Of a stretch of DNA of 64,000 nt, positions 27,327-36,451 are shown one piece after another. The position numbers and the translations under genes were made by a program. This DNA comes from an uncultured Chloroflexia bacterium. GTDB taxonomy: Bacteria; Chloroflexota; Limnocylindria; Limnocylindrales; CSP1-4. The stretch lies in assembly GCA_963768655.1 (NCBI GenBank), contig CAVYIM010000004.1, positions 608,001 through 672,000 of the forward strand, in the 5' to 3' direction. Under the pieces are notes generated by a model that did not search any database, was not told the DNA's origin, and saw nothing but the letters and a program-made list of their open reading frames with translations. Each line of letters begins with the position of its first letter. Position 1 is the stretch's first letter.

Positions 27327-28502
27327 GTGAAGATCGCAAAGGCAATCGCAACCAGTGGCGCCCTGGCTCCGCTGCTTCTGGCGGGGCTGACAGGACCGGT
27401 GCTGGCCAACGGAGTTGGCGACCTGTACATCGCCAGCCCGGCGGGCGTGCTGGAGGTCAGGGTCTCCACTTCGACCATCGTCAGCACGACCAGCGTGCTC
27501 CCATCGCCGCAATCGCTGGCCTTCACCCCCGACGGCAAGACCCTCTACGTCGGCAGTGGCGGCGCCCACATCACACCCATCGACATCGTGACGCTGACAG
27601 TCGGCGACGCCATCTCGACGCCCGGCCCGGTGACCGCGCTGGCCTTCCCGGCCGGCGAGATCCTCGTCGGAGCGATGCCCCTCCGGCGGACGCTGGCTTT
27701 CATCACCGTCCACGACAACAGCGTGGTCGAGAGCGCGGAGCTCCCCGGCCCCGGCAACCTGCTTGCGGGCGATCGACGCGACCCGAGAGTGGCCGTCGCC
27801 GACGCCGGCGACACCTGGCTCGACGTCGTGGATCCGGCGACCTCCACCGCCACTAAGACGACCGTTGCGGGCGCGATCCAGGCCCTGGCGATCGATCGTC
27901 AGAACGGCGGCGTCCTGGTAGCCACGGCCAACCCGAACGCCCTGATTCGGGTCGATCTCACGACGCTGACCGCAACCTGGACGGTGCCGCTCCCCGCCCC
28001 GCCTACGGCCGTGGCGGCACTCGCGTCGACGGCCATCGTAGCCATCGGCTCCGACCTGTGGTCGGTCAGCCCGACCAGGGCGACCAAGTGGGCCACGGCC
28101 CGCGGTGCCGTCGTATCGATGGCGGCCAGCGACGAGGGGGCCTTCCTGCACGTCGCCGAGTCCGGGACCGTCGAGGTCTTCGACGCCATGGGCACGCTGC
28201 AACGGACCCTCGAGCTGGGCGTGGGGCGCGACCCGCTCGCCCTGGCCGCGGTTCCGGCCGGCTCGTCGCTCTATCTTGGCAACGGCGCCCCGCAGCCTTC
28301 CGCCACTGCGGCCGCAACGCCCGGAACGCCGGCCGCGCTCGTGACCCAGAAGCCACCGCCAACAGGTACGTTCGTGGATACGGCCAAGGACGTCGTCAAC
28401 TACCCGCCCTTCCAGGGCGCGACGGCCGTGGCGGTGGTGATCCTGATCTGCTACTGGCTGATCGTGCGCTGGTACGACAAGCGAGTCGGGCAGAGCCGCT
28501 GA
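27327..28502 (+). CDS. Secreted, membrane-anchored beta-propeller (YVTN/YncE-like) protein
   Basis: Signal peptide ending PVLA, repeated blades (PQSLAFTPDGKTLYV, MAASDEGAFLHVA), Pro/Thr linker, C-terminal TM and basic tail. Confidence 0.65.
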   Translation: MKIAKAIATSGALAPLLLAGLTGPVLANGVGDLYIASPAGVLEVRVSTSTIVSTTSVLPSPQSLAFTPDGKTLYVGSGGAHITPIDIVTLTVGDAISTPGPVTALAFPAGEILVGAMPLRRTLAFITVHDNSVVESAELPGPGNLLAGDRRDPRVAVADAGDTWLDVVDPATSTATKTTVAGAIQALAIDRQNGGVLVATANPNALIRVDLTTLTATWTVPLPAPPTAVAALASTAIVAIGSDLWSVSPTRATKWATARGAVVSMAASDEGAFLHVAESGTVEVFDAMGTLQRTLELGVGRDPLALAAVPAGSSLYLGNGAPQPSATAAATPGTPAALVTQKPPPTGTFVDTAKDVVNYPPFQGATAVAVVILICYWLIVRWYDKRVGQSR

Positions 28503-28797
28503 GCAACTCGCCGCGCCGCCGGCTGCCACCTTCCCGCGCCGCGACGAGGCGCGGCTCTCGCCGGCGACCCCTTCTCGCTGGCGTCGGGTAGCCGTCTTCA
28601 GCCACCGGCCGCCCATCGACGGCCGAATGCGCACGCCTGAGCGCCCACGGATCGCCTCGCATGGGCCACCGGGTCGCGCGGCAATCTCACATGCGTAGAG
28701 CGCAATTCCGGGCCGCCACGCTGCTGCCACTGGGTCGCACAGGGGGGCAAGGACCGCCCCAGGTTGCAGCCGCGCCCGGCCGAACGCCTCGAAGGTG

Positions 28798-29678
28798 TCA
28801 GACTGCCTGGACGTCGAAGATGGACAGCAGTTCCTGGAACTGGTCGCGGACTGTGGCCGCCCGCTCGTCCCAGCGCTCGCGGCTGATTCCGAGCGCCGCC
28901 AGGACGCCGTCGCCTTCCATCTGCCGGTCGGTCGCGTCCACGACCGCCGGGTAGCTGATCTCGCGCACGAGGACGTCGGCCGCGGCGACGAGGGCGCCCA
29001 GCGAACCCGGGCTCGGCACGTGATGGTCCCACAGGACCCGGGCGATGACCGGCGGGAATTCCATTCGTAGGCAAAGACGGCGCCGACATCCTGGTGGGTG
29101 GTACCGGCAAGCTCGATCTCCATCTCCAGCTGGCCTGCCGCGTTGCGGGCGTCGTGGGCGTGCGGGTCGAGCAGGTAGCTCGCGTATCGCTCCCCGACGT
29201 CGTCGAGCAGATAGACGTGGCCGAGGTCGTGGAGCAGGCCGGCCGCGAAGGCGGTATCCGGATCGGCGGCCCGGGACATCTGCGCCAGGATCTTGCCGAC
29301 GACGGCGCTGCGAACGGCGTCGCCCGTGAGTCGGGCCGCGGCCAGGGCCTCGCGCGGGCTCCGGTTGCCGGCACGGCGCGAAACGATCAGTGAAGTCAGA
29401 ACCAGCTGCCGCAGGACCGTGTCGCCGAGCAGCGCCACCGCCCGCGAGAGAGTGGTCACCGGTTCCGCGGGAGCGTAGAAGGCCGAGTTGGCCATGCGCA
29501 GTACCCGGGCCGCCAGGGCGGGCGAGCCGTCGATCAGCTTGGCGAGCTGGCGAGCGTTCGAATCGCCCTGCCGCAGCTGCTGCTCCAGTCGAAGCAGGCT
29601 GGCGGACGGGCTGATCGCGTGCGCGTGCTGAACGATCTGGCGCGCCCGGTCGAGAGTGGTGCTGGTGAGAACTTCCAC
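28798..29678 (-). pseudogene. HDOD-domain signalling protein with a 1-bp frameshift at about 29057
   Basis: PALAARVLRMANSAFY, AGLLHDLG and THQDVG...YEWN lie in one frame; FPPVIARVLWDHH continues in another. Adding one T (TGG AAT TTC CCG) restores WNFP. Confidence 0.85.
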
Positions 29679-29685
29679 GAGAAAG

Positions 29686-29712
29686 GTGTCGGCGTGGAGG
29701 CCGCCGGCTTGA
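29686..29712 (-). promoter_or_regulatory. sigma28-like leaderless promoter of the HDOD gene
   Basis: TCAA-N15-GCCGACAC, then 7 nt to GTG 29678. Confidence 0.65.
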
Positions 29713-29848
29713 ACGATCCAAATGGCCCGAAGCGGAGTCTGGAGAGGTGGATGACTCGAAACGCCCGCGTCCTCCGACTGAGACGGAGGGCGCATCGCGT
29801 GGTTATCATGGGCGCTCAACTCCAGTTTGAGGGAGGCAATCCGAGCTC

Positions 29849-30787
29849 ATGGCTCTGATCGAGACTGCGAGTCTCACGAAGGAGTACGGGTCGGTCAAAG
29901 CGCTTGACCGCCTGGACCTTGCCGTGGAACCCGGGATCATCGGTCTGGTCGGGGCCAACGGTGCCGGCAAGAGCACGCTCATCAAGATCCTGCTCGGCCT
30001 GGTCCCGCCCTCGAGCGGGCGTGCCTCCGTCTTCGGGCTCGACGTCGTGGCCGAGACGCACGACATCCGCAAGGTCGTGGGCTACATGCCCGAGCACGAC
30101 TGCCTGCCGCCCGACGTCGGCGCCACCGAGTTTGTCACCCACATGGCCCGGATCTCCGGCCTGCCCCGAACCGCCGCCCGTGAACGGACTGCCGAGGTGC
30201 TGCGGCACGTCGGGCTATACGAGGAGCGCTACCGCCAGATCGGCGGCTACTCGACGGGCATGAAACAGCGGGTCAAGCTGGCTCAGGCTCTCGCCCACGA
30301 CCCCAAGCTGCTGCTCCTGGACGAGCCGACGAACGGCCTGGACCCCACCGGTCGCGACGAGATGCTGGATCTGATCAAGCGCACCGGTACCGACTTCGGC
30401 ATCTCGGTCGTGGTGGCTTCGCACCTTCTGGGCGAGATCGAGCAGGTCTGCACGTTCCTGCTCGCGATCGACGCCGGCCATCTCCTCAAGGCCGCACCGA
30501 TATCGACTTTTACCCAGCGGACGCCGGTCGTGGCCGTCGAGGTGGAAGAAGGCGCGGACCGGTTGACGTCGGCACTGATCGGACGCGGCTTCAAGGCCAG
30601 GCAGGAAGAGCAGTGCGTTCTGCTCGTCCTGGAGAGCGAAGCCCTCTACGACGCGGTCCGCGACACAGTCGCCGATCTGGGCCTGCCGCTTGTCCGGGTC
30701 CAGCAGGAGCGGCGCCGGCTCGAGGACATCTTCCGCGAGCCCGAGTTCGAACGAGAGCCGCAGCCGGCCGCCGGAGGTGTCCAGTGA
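29849..30787 (+). CDS. ABC transporter ATP-binding protein
   Basis: GANGAGKS, YSTGMKQR and LLLDEP motifs. Confidence 0.95.
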   Translation: MALIETASLTKEYGSVKALDRLDLAVEPGIIGLVGANGAGKSTLIKILLGLVPPSSGRASVFGLDVVAETHDIRKVVGYMPEHDCLPPDVGATEFVTHMARISGLPRTAARERTAEVLRHVGLYEERYRQIGGYSTGMKQRVKLAQALAHDPKLLLLDEPTNGLDPTGRDEMLDLIKRTGTDFGISVVVASHLLGEIEQVCTFLLAIDAGHLLKAAPISTFTQRTPVVAVEVEEGADRLTSALIGRGFKARQEEQCVLLVLESEALYDAVRDTVADLGLPLVRVQQERRRLEDIFREPEFEREPQPAAGGVQ

Positions 30788-31707
30788 GCGCCGGCAATCG
30801 CCTGAACGCCAGCTCGCCCGGGGGCAGCATCTACGACCTGGGCTACCGCCACTACGAAGGCAAGCGCCACGGCCGGCGGTTTGCGGCCTGGTCTCTCTAC
30901 GTCGAGAGCCTGCGCGGCATCTGGGGCTTCGGACGGCCGATGAGCGCCAAGGCGGCCCCGTTCATCCTCGCCGGCCTGTACGCCTTCTTCGCCTTCCTGC
31001 AGCTGGCTTTCTCCTCCACGATCGCGAACGAGATCAGCAGCGGCCAGCAGGTTGAGCTGCTCGCGTACGACAGCTACTTCACTCAGTTCGGGTTCCTGCT
31101 GATCCTCTTCTGCGTGGCCCAGGCCCCCGAAGTCGTGTGCCGCGACCAGCGATACCAGGTCCTGACGCTGTATTTCACGCGGGCGATGGGTCGTGCCGAC
31201 TACGCCCTCGCCAGGCTCGCGTCGCTCGCCACGGCGCTGTTCCTGGCTTTGATCGTGCCGATGATCGCCCTCTTCGTCGGCGACGTACTGATGAAGCCGG
31301 ACACGATCAGCGCCATCGGCGACGAACTGCCCAAAGCGCTGCCCGCCATCCCGGCCGATGTCCTGATCGCGGCGAGCATGGCCTCCATCTCGCTGGCACT
31401 CTCGTCCTTCTCGCCGCGCCGCGCCTACGCGGCCATCGGACTGATCGCCTACTTCCTCCTTATGGAGGCAGTGCCGGCGATCATCTACGCCGTTGCCCAC
31501 CAGGGCGGCGTCAACTCGGCCGACAAGCTCGTGCTCCTGACGCCGATCACGTCGCTCACCGGAGCCACGGACTGGTTCTTCGGCAAGGCGCTGACGGCCG
31601 ACTTCCCGGCGACGCTCGGGGCGGACGCGTATGTCCTGGCCTGCGTCGCGAGCGTGGCATTCTTCTCGGCAATCCTGCTCTTCCGCTATCGGAGGATGGC
31701 GGCATGA
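30784..31707 (+). CDS. ABC-2 type permease
   Basis: IYDLGYRHYEG N-terminus, about 6 TM segments, LYFTRAMGRADYALARL. Confidence 0.88.
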   Translation: MSAGNRLNASSPGGSIYDLGYRHYEGKRHGRRFAAWSLYVESLRGIWGFGRPMSAKAAPFILAGLYAFFAFLQLAFSSTIANEISSGQQVELLAYDSYFTQFGFLLILFCVAQAPEVVCRDQRYQVLTLYFTRAMGRADYALARLASLATALFLALIVPMIALFVGDVLMKPDTISAIGDELPKALPAIPADVLIAASMASISLALSSFSPRRAYAAIGLIAYFLLMEAVPAIIYAVAHQGGVNSADKLVLLTPITSLTGATDWFFGKALTADFPATLGADAYVLACVASVAFFSAILLFRYRRMAA

Positions 31708-32657
31708 CGGCCACGACCATTCCAGCCGGCGAGCCGGGCGCGGCGGTTCCGGCGATCGAGCTGGATCATGCCGCGCGCTGGTACGGCAACGTCGTTGCCG
31801 TCAACGACGTGAGCTTCAGCCTCGGCGCAGGAGTCACCGGCCTGCTCGGCCCCAATGGGGCAGGGAAGACGACGCTGCTGCACATGCTGGCCGGCTTCCT
31901 GGCGCCGTCGGCCGGCACGGTCCACGTCCTGGGCCGCAGCCCCCATCGCGACCCGTCCGTGTACCGCCAGATCGGGCTCGTGCCCGAGCGGGAGTCGGCG
32001 TACGCGTTCCTCACCGGCTTCGAATACGTCCGCTTCAACGCCCGCCTGCAGGGCATGCGCAACGCCGATGCCGCGGCTCGCGCCGCGATTGCCAGGGTCG
32101 GCCTGGAAGACGCGGCCGACCGCGCCATCGGCACCTACTCGAAGGGAATGCGCCAGCGAGCCAAGGTTGCCGGCGCGCTCGTTCACGATCCCCAGGTGCT
32201 GCTCCTGGATGAGCCGTTCAACGGCATGGACCCTCGTCAGCGCCTGTCGATGATGGAGCTGCTGGGCGAGATGGCCGGCGCCGGCCGGACCATCCTGTTC
32301 TCCTCGCACATCCTCGAGGAGGTCGAGAGGATCGGGACGGAGATCCTGGTCCTGGTCGCCGGTCGGCTGGCCGCGTCGGGCGACTTCCGGGCGATCCGGG
32401 CCCTGATGACCGATCGGCCCCACTCGATCACGATCCGCTCCAGCGACGACCGCAGGCTGGCTACAACCCTGATGGCCGATCCGGCCGTCTTCGCCGTGGA
32501 GCTGAAGGAGAACGCCCTGTCGGTGCAGACCGCTCATCTCTCCGCCTTCCGCCGCATCATCGCCGTCGCCAGCCGGAGTGCCGGCGTACGCCTGACGGAG
32601 GTCGTGCCGGCAGACGAATCGCTCGAGAGCGTGTTCGACTATCTGGTGCGCCGATGA
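31704..32657 (+). CDS. ABC transporter ATP-binding protein
   Basis: GPNGAGKT, YSKGMRQR and LLLDEP motifs. Confidence 0.95.
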   Translation: MTATTIPAGEPGAAVPAIELDHAARWYGNVVAVNDVSFSLGAGVTGLLGPNGAGKTTLLHMLAGFLAPSAGTVHVLGRSPHRDPSVYRQIGLVPERESAYAFLTGFEYVRFNARLQGMRNADAAARAAIARVGLEDAADRAIGTYSKGMRQRAKVAGALVHDPQVLLLDEPFNGMDPRQRLSMMELLGEMAGAGRTILFSSHILEEVERIGTEILVLVAGRLAASGDFRAIRALMTDRPHSITIRSSDDRRLATTLMADPAVFAVELKENALSVQTAHLSAFRRIIAVASRSAGVRLTEVVPADESLESVFDYLVRR

Positions 32658-33436
32658 TCGGCACGCCAGTGGCAGGATCCTCGATGACCGGATGGCTGAC
32701 TGCGTTCGTGGAGATCGTGCGGCTGACCTTCCGCCAGCAGCTGGGGCGGCGGCGCACGCTGCTGCTCGTGCTCCTGGCCGCGCTGCCGCCGCTCCTCGCC
32801 CTGATCTTCCGCGCCTTCGGCGAGGTGGACGTCAGCCGCTTCACGAGCCGTGTCTTCGACCTGGTGTCCCTGACCATCGTCCTGCCGCTGGCGACGGTCC
32901 TCTTCGGCACCGGTGCGTTCGGCGCCGAGAACGACGAAGGCACGATCCTCTATCTGCTGGCCAAGCCGATCTCGCGCTGGGTGATGGTCGCGGCCAAAGC
33001 GTTCGCTGCCGTGGCGCTTTCACTCGTCCTGACGGTCGCCTCCGTTCTGGTAGCGGGCGCGATCGAACTGGTGCCGGCCGGCTCCGACGGAGTCTCCGCG
33101 ACTGAGGCCTACGTCGCGGCGATGGTCGTAGGTTCGCTCTGCTACGTCGTCCTGTTCCTGACGCTGAGCCTGTTCACCCGCCGTGCGCTTGTGATCGGCA
33201 TCGGCTACTCGCTGGTGTGGGAGGGCGCCCTCTCGTCCCTCCTGCCCGGCATCGCCAACCTGTCTGTACGGCAGTACGCCCTCGGTGTGGCTGACGGCTT
33301 CTACCAGCTCCACGTCCAGGCGGCCCGACTCTCGCCCACGACGGCCCTCACACTGTCGGCGATCCTGATCGTGGTCGCGCTCGCGCTCGCCACCTGGCGC
33401 CTGATGCGCTTCGAGCTGTCGGGCTCGACCGACTGA
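32654..33436 (+). CDS. ABC-2 type permease
   Basis: GAENDEGTILYLLAKPISR motif and multiple TM segments. Confidence 0.9.
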   Translation: MIGTPVAGSSMTGWLTAFVEIVRLTFRQQLGRRRTLLLVLLAALPPLLALIFRAFGEVDVSRFTSRVFDLVSLTIVLPLATVLFGTGAFGAENDEGTILYLLAKPISRWVMVAAKAFAAVALSLVLTVASVLVAGAIELVPAGSDGVSATEAYVAAMVVGSLCYVVLFLTLSLFTRRALVIGIGYSLVWEGALSSLLPGIANLSVRQYALGVADGFYQLHVQAARLSPTTALTLSAILIVVALALATWRLMRFELSGSTD

Positions 33437-33455
33437 TCGCTCCGGGCTTCGTGTC

Positions 33456-33491
33456 CCGCCGAGGAGCGCGCCGCCGAGGAGCGCGCCGCCG
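33456..33491. repeat. 15-bp tandem repeat between convergent genes
   Basis: CCGCCGAGGAGCGCG twice plus a partial copy. Confidence 0.75.
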
Positions 33492-33560
33492 GGCGGCGGG
33501 GGTGGCAGGCCGGCGAGCGGCAGGCCGGCGGCCCGGGCCGCCGCGGAGATCCAGAAGCCG

Positions 33561-34541
33561 CTACTCCGCGACCGGCAGCCCCAGGATGTTGAAGCCGCCG
33601 TCGACGTAGATGACTTCGCCGGTGGTCTGGCCCGAGAGTGGGCTCGCCAGGTAGACGGCGGTGCCGGCCACGTCTTCGATGGTGATGTGCGAGCGGAGCG
33701 GAGCCACCTCGGCGAAGGCGCCGTACATCAGCTTGAAGCCGGCGATGCCGTGGGCGGAGAGGGTCCGCACGGGCCCGGCGCTGATGGCGTTGATGCGGAT
33801 GCCACTGGGGCCTAGGTCGGCTGCGAGATACCGCGTGGAGGCCTCGAGCGCCGCCTTGGCCACGCCCATGACGTTGTAGTGGGGCACTACCTTCTCGGCG
33901 CCGTAGTAGGTCATAGTGATGATCGACGACCCCGGAGGCATGTACGGCCGGGCTTCCCGGGCCATCGCGATCAGCGAGTACACGCTGATGTCGAAGGCGG
34001 TGTGGAAGCCGTCGCGGCTGGTGTCGGCGAAGTGGCCGGCCAGGTCTTCTTTTTCGGCATAGGCGACGGCGTGGACGAGGATGTCCAGGCTGCCTTCCCT
34101 GGCCTTCCAGTGCTCGAAGACTCGCCGAATCTCGTCGTCGTCACGGACGTCGCACGGCTCGACGAAGCGGGAGCCGATGGAGGCGGCCAGCGGCCGGACG
34201 CGCCGCTTGATGAGCGACGACATGGAGCTGAAGCCGACCTCGGCACCCTGGTCGTAGAGCGCCTTGGCAATGCCCCAGGCGATCGAGTGGTCGTTGGCGA
34301 CGCCGAACACCAGCGCCTTCTTGCCCTTGAGCAGGCCTTCTCGATCGCAGTCGTCCGCGGGTCTGGCCAGGCGGCGGGAGGCGCGTGGCCGGGCGACCGT
34401 GGTAGCTACCTCGACGGCCGCGGCTCTGGAGCCGGCGGCGGCCGGCTCGCGCCGGCTGCGGAGGTCGGCTTCCGTCGCCTGCGTCGGGGCTGTCGGTTCC
34501 TGTTCGGCGGCGCCGGCGGCCGGTCGTTTGGTCAGCTTCAT
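33561..34541 (-). CDS. fabI: Enoyl-ACP reductase FabI (with an N-terminal extension of about 65 aa)
   Basis: GVANDHSIAWGIA, YNVMGVAKAALE, RINAISAGP and IYVDGG motifs. Confidence 0.93.
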   Translation of the reverse strand: MKLTKRPAAGAAEQEPTAPTQATEADLRSRREPAAAGSRAAAVEVATTVARPRASRRLARPADDCDREGLLKGKKALVFGVANDHSIAWGIAKALYDQGAEVGFSSMSSLIKRRVRPLAASIGSRFVEPCDVRDDDEIRRVFEHWKAREGSLDILVHAVAYAEKEDLAGHFADTSRDGFHTAFDISVYSLIAMAREARPYMPPGSSIITMTYYGAEKVVPHYNVMGVAKAALEASTRYLAADLGPSGIRINAISAGPVRTLSAHGIAGFKLMYGAFAEVAPLRSHITIEDVAGTAVYLASPLSGQTTGEVIYVDGGFNILGLPVAE

Positions 34542-35138
34542 GAGTTCCGTCGGTCCTCCGTTGGTTCTGCCCCGGTTCGCCGGCGGGCGGGTCGGATCCA
34601 GGCGAGCCGCCGCCAGGTTTGCGGCCGCGCCCCGCGCCTCCGACCGTTTCTACCTGTCCAAACTCCGCCCGCGCTCGATCGTTACGTTGATCCGAGAGAC
34701 GGACCGGAGGGCGCCCGACCGGAGCATAACTTCCACTCAGGCGCTACACAATGCGAGCCGAGAGGAGTTGCAGCTTTGCAGACCCGACAGGCGCATCCGG
34801 TCGGAGGTTTGAACGGAGATGAACCGGCTGTTCCCATCACTCGGATAGTGCTGCCGAGGTGGATTGCGGAGTCAGTCGCCCGAGCGGCCTGAGCCACGCC
34901 TTGCGGTCTTCGTGCAGCTACTTCGTGGCTGCGCCCTGGTCCTTGAGATCGTCAGGCTCCGGGTGCGCCGGGCGGGGCCCTCTGCATGGCAGTCATGGTA
35001 AGGGGTGCGGCTGGGTCCGCCTGTCATCGTTGCGTAGTCCTGGAGGCTCCGCTAACGCCCGGGACGACCAGGCACGATCCTCCGGAACGCTCGCCGACTC
35101 GCTTTACCGTCAGTCGGCCCTCGCCGCCGGAAACCCGC

Positions 35139-36026
35139 TCAGAACGGGCCGATGCCGCCGAGGAGGTTCTGAGCGGGCGATTCATCGCCCTGCTCCTGGG
35201 CCTCGACGCGCTCGAGCGCGACGACGATCGCCAGACCGAGCGGCACTTCGAAGCCGGGCGCGATCTGGATCCCATAGGCGTCGTGGATGCTGAACCACTT
35301 GCGAGACGCGTCTATGACCTGCCCGCCGGCCTGGTCCTTGACCTGAAACTCGCGGTTCGACCAGTTGCCATGGACCGTGAGCTCCTGGCCGCCGGCGAGG
35401 GTGATCTTGAACTTATCGCCCCCCAGGTGAAAGATCGCCTCCTGGACGGTGGCCGAAACCCGGCCGTCCTTCTTGATCTCGATGGTCTTGTGAATATGCG
35501 GGGCGAGCGGCTTACTGATCTCGTAAAGCGGCTGGCCGTTGAGATCTTTGAGCACATGGGTGCCGTGCAGGCTGACGAGCTTGCCATCGACTTCGAAAGC
35601 GTGGTTGCCCTGTCCGTCCTCGATCCACAGATCACCGGTCAGCGAAATCAACTTCTGATTGAGAACGAACGTCTGGACTTGACCACCTGGCATCGTCGAC
35701 GCCGCGGGAACACTCGGAGGCATCTCGGCAGGCGACTGTGGCGAGGTGGGCGAGTCGGGCGAGGTGGGCGAGTCGGGCGAGTCGGGCGAGTCGGCGACCT
35801 TCTGCTGGGTGAAGGACGTGGCGCCGCACTGCGGGCACTTCGCGGCATTCGCAAGCTGCTGGTAGTGCGCGCGGAGAGCGGTCTGCTGGTCGAACGTGGC
35901 CCCGATGGTCGATGTGAACTGACTCGCGAGAGACTGCAGGTTTGGTCTTTCTTCCGCGATGCCGGCCGGAACAGACCAGGTGTGGTGGCACTTATTGCAG
36001 GTCCGCTCGTAGTCGCCATTCGCCAT
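35139..36026 (-). CDS. Zn-ribbon + LURP-one-related (LOR/scramblase-like) domain protein
   Basis: CNKC...CPQC N-terminus, SP-repeat linker, then QKLISLTGDLWIED...FEVDGK...KWFSIHDAYGI LOR domain. AGGAGG RBS. Confidence 0.8.
   Translation of the reverse strand: MANGDYERTCNKCHHTWSVPAGIAEERPNLQSLASQFTSTIGATFDQQTALRAHYQQLANAAKCPQCGATSFTQQKVADSPDSPDSPTSPDSPTSPQSPAEMPPSVPAASTMPGGQVQTFVLNQKLISLTGDLWIEDGQGNHAFEVDGKLVSLHGTHVLKDLNGQPLYEISKPLAPHIHKTIEIKKDGRVSATVQEAIFHLGGDKFKITLAGGQELTVHGNWSNREFQVKDQAGGQVIDASRKWFSIHDAYGIQIAPGFEVPLGLAIVVALERVEAQEQGDESPAQNLLGGIGPF
35731..35793. repeat. 7x 9-bp coding tandem repeat (DSP/TSP linker)
   Basis: GGCGAGTCG/GGCGAGGTG units. Confidence 0.9.
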
Positions 36027-36451
36027 GTCAACCTCCTGGAGTTGCGCGTGCACGCTTGGCGATCTGTCCGACGTGCCGCACGAACGTCCATGATCGTCGA
36101 TCAGTGCTGTACCCACCATTACGCGTCCCGTCCATCTCGCGCGTGGCAACCGGCCGCGGTCAGCCGCCCGCGAAGGAGCTGGTCAGGGCCATCGAGCCCG
36201 TTGCGATGAAGGTGCCAGTCTTGGGGCCATAGAGCTTGGCTGACTGCGGCCGCCCGTCCGGGTTTAGTGTCGCGATTCAGCTCTATCGTGCGACACCCGG
36301 ACTCGGCAGCCGGAGCACGCCTCGCCCGACAACTTCACGCACCGCTAACCTTCCGCACATGACTCTCGCGAACGACCTTCCGGACTTCGGCCACCTCACC
36401 GTCGCGCGCCAAGCGACGGGCGACGTGTGGCCGGCTCACTTCTGACAGCCG

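Noticed and set aside
27135-29819. 894-aa ORF as a real protein
   Set aside because: Only the HDOD part (29678 to about 29058) is coding. The rest is frameshift read-through antisense to real genes.
34600-35138. Genes in the fabI-LURP gap and the 37484-37800 gap
   Set aside because: The short ORFs lack an RBS, motifs or protein-like composition; probably decayed DNA.
35731-35793. CRISPR or iteron-like repeats
   Set aside because: Spacerless 9-bp coding repeats that form a protein linker.
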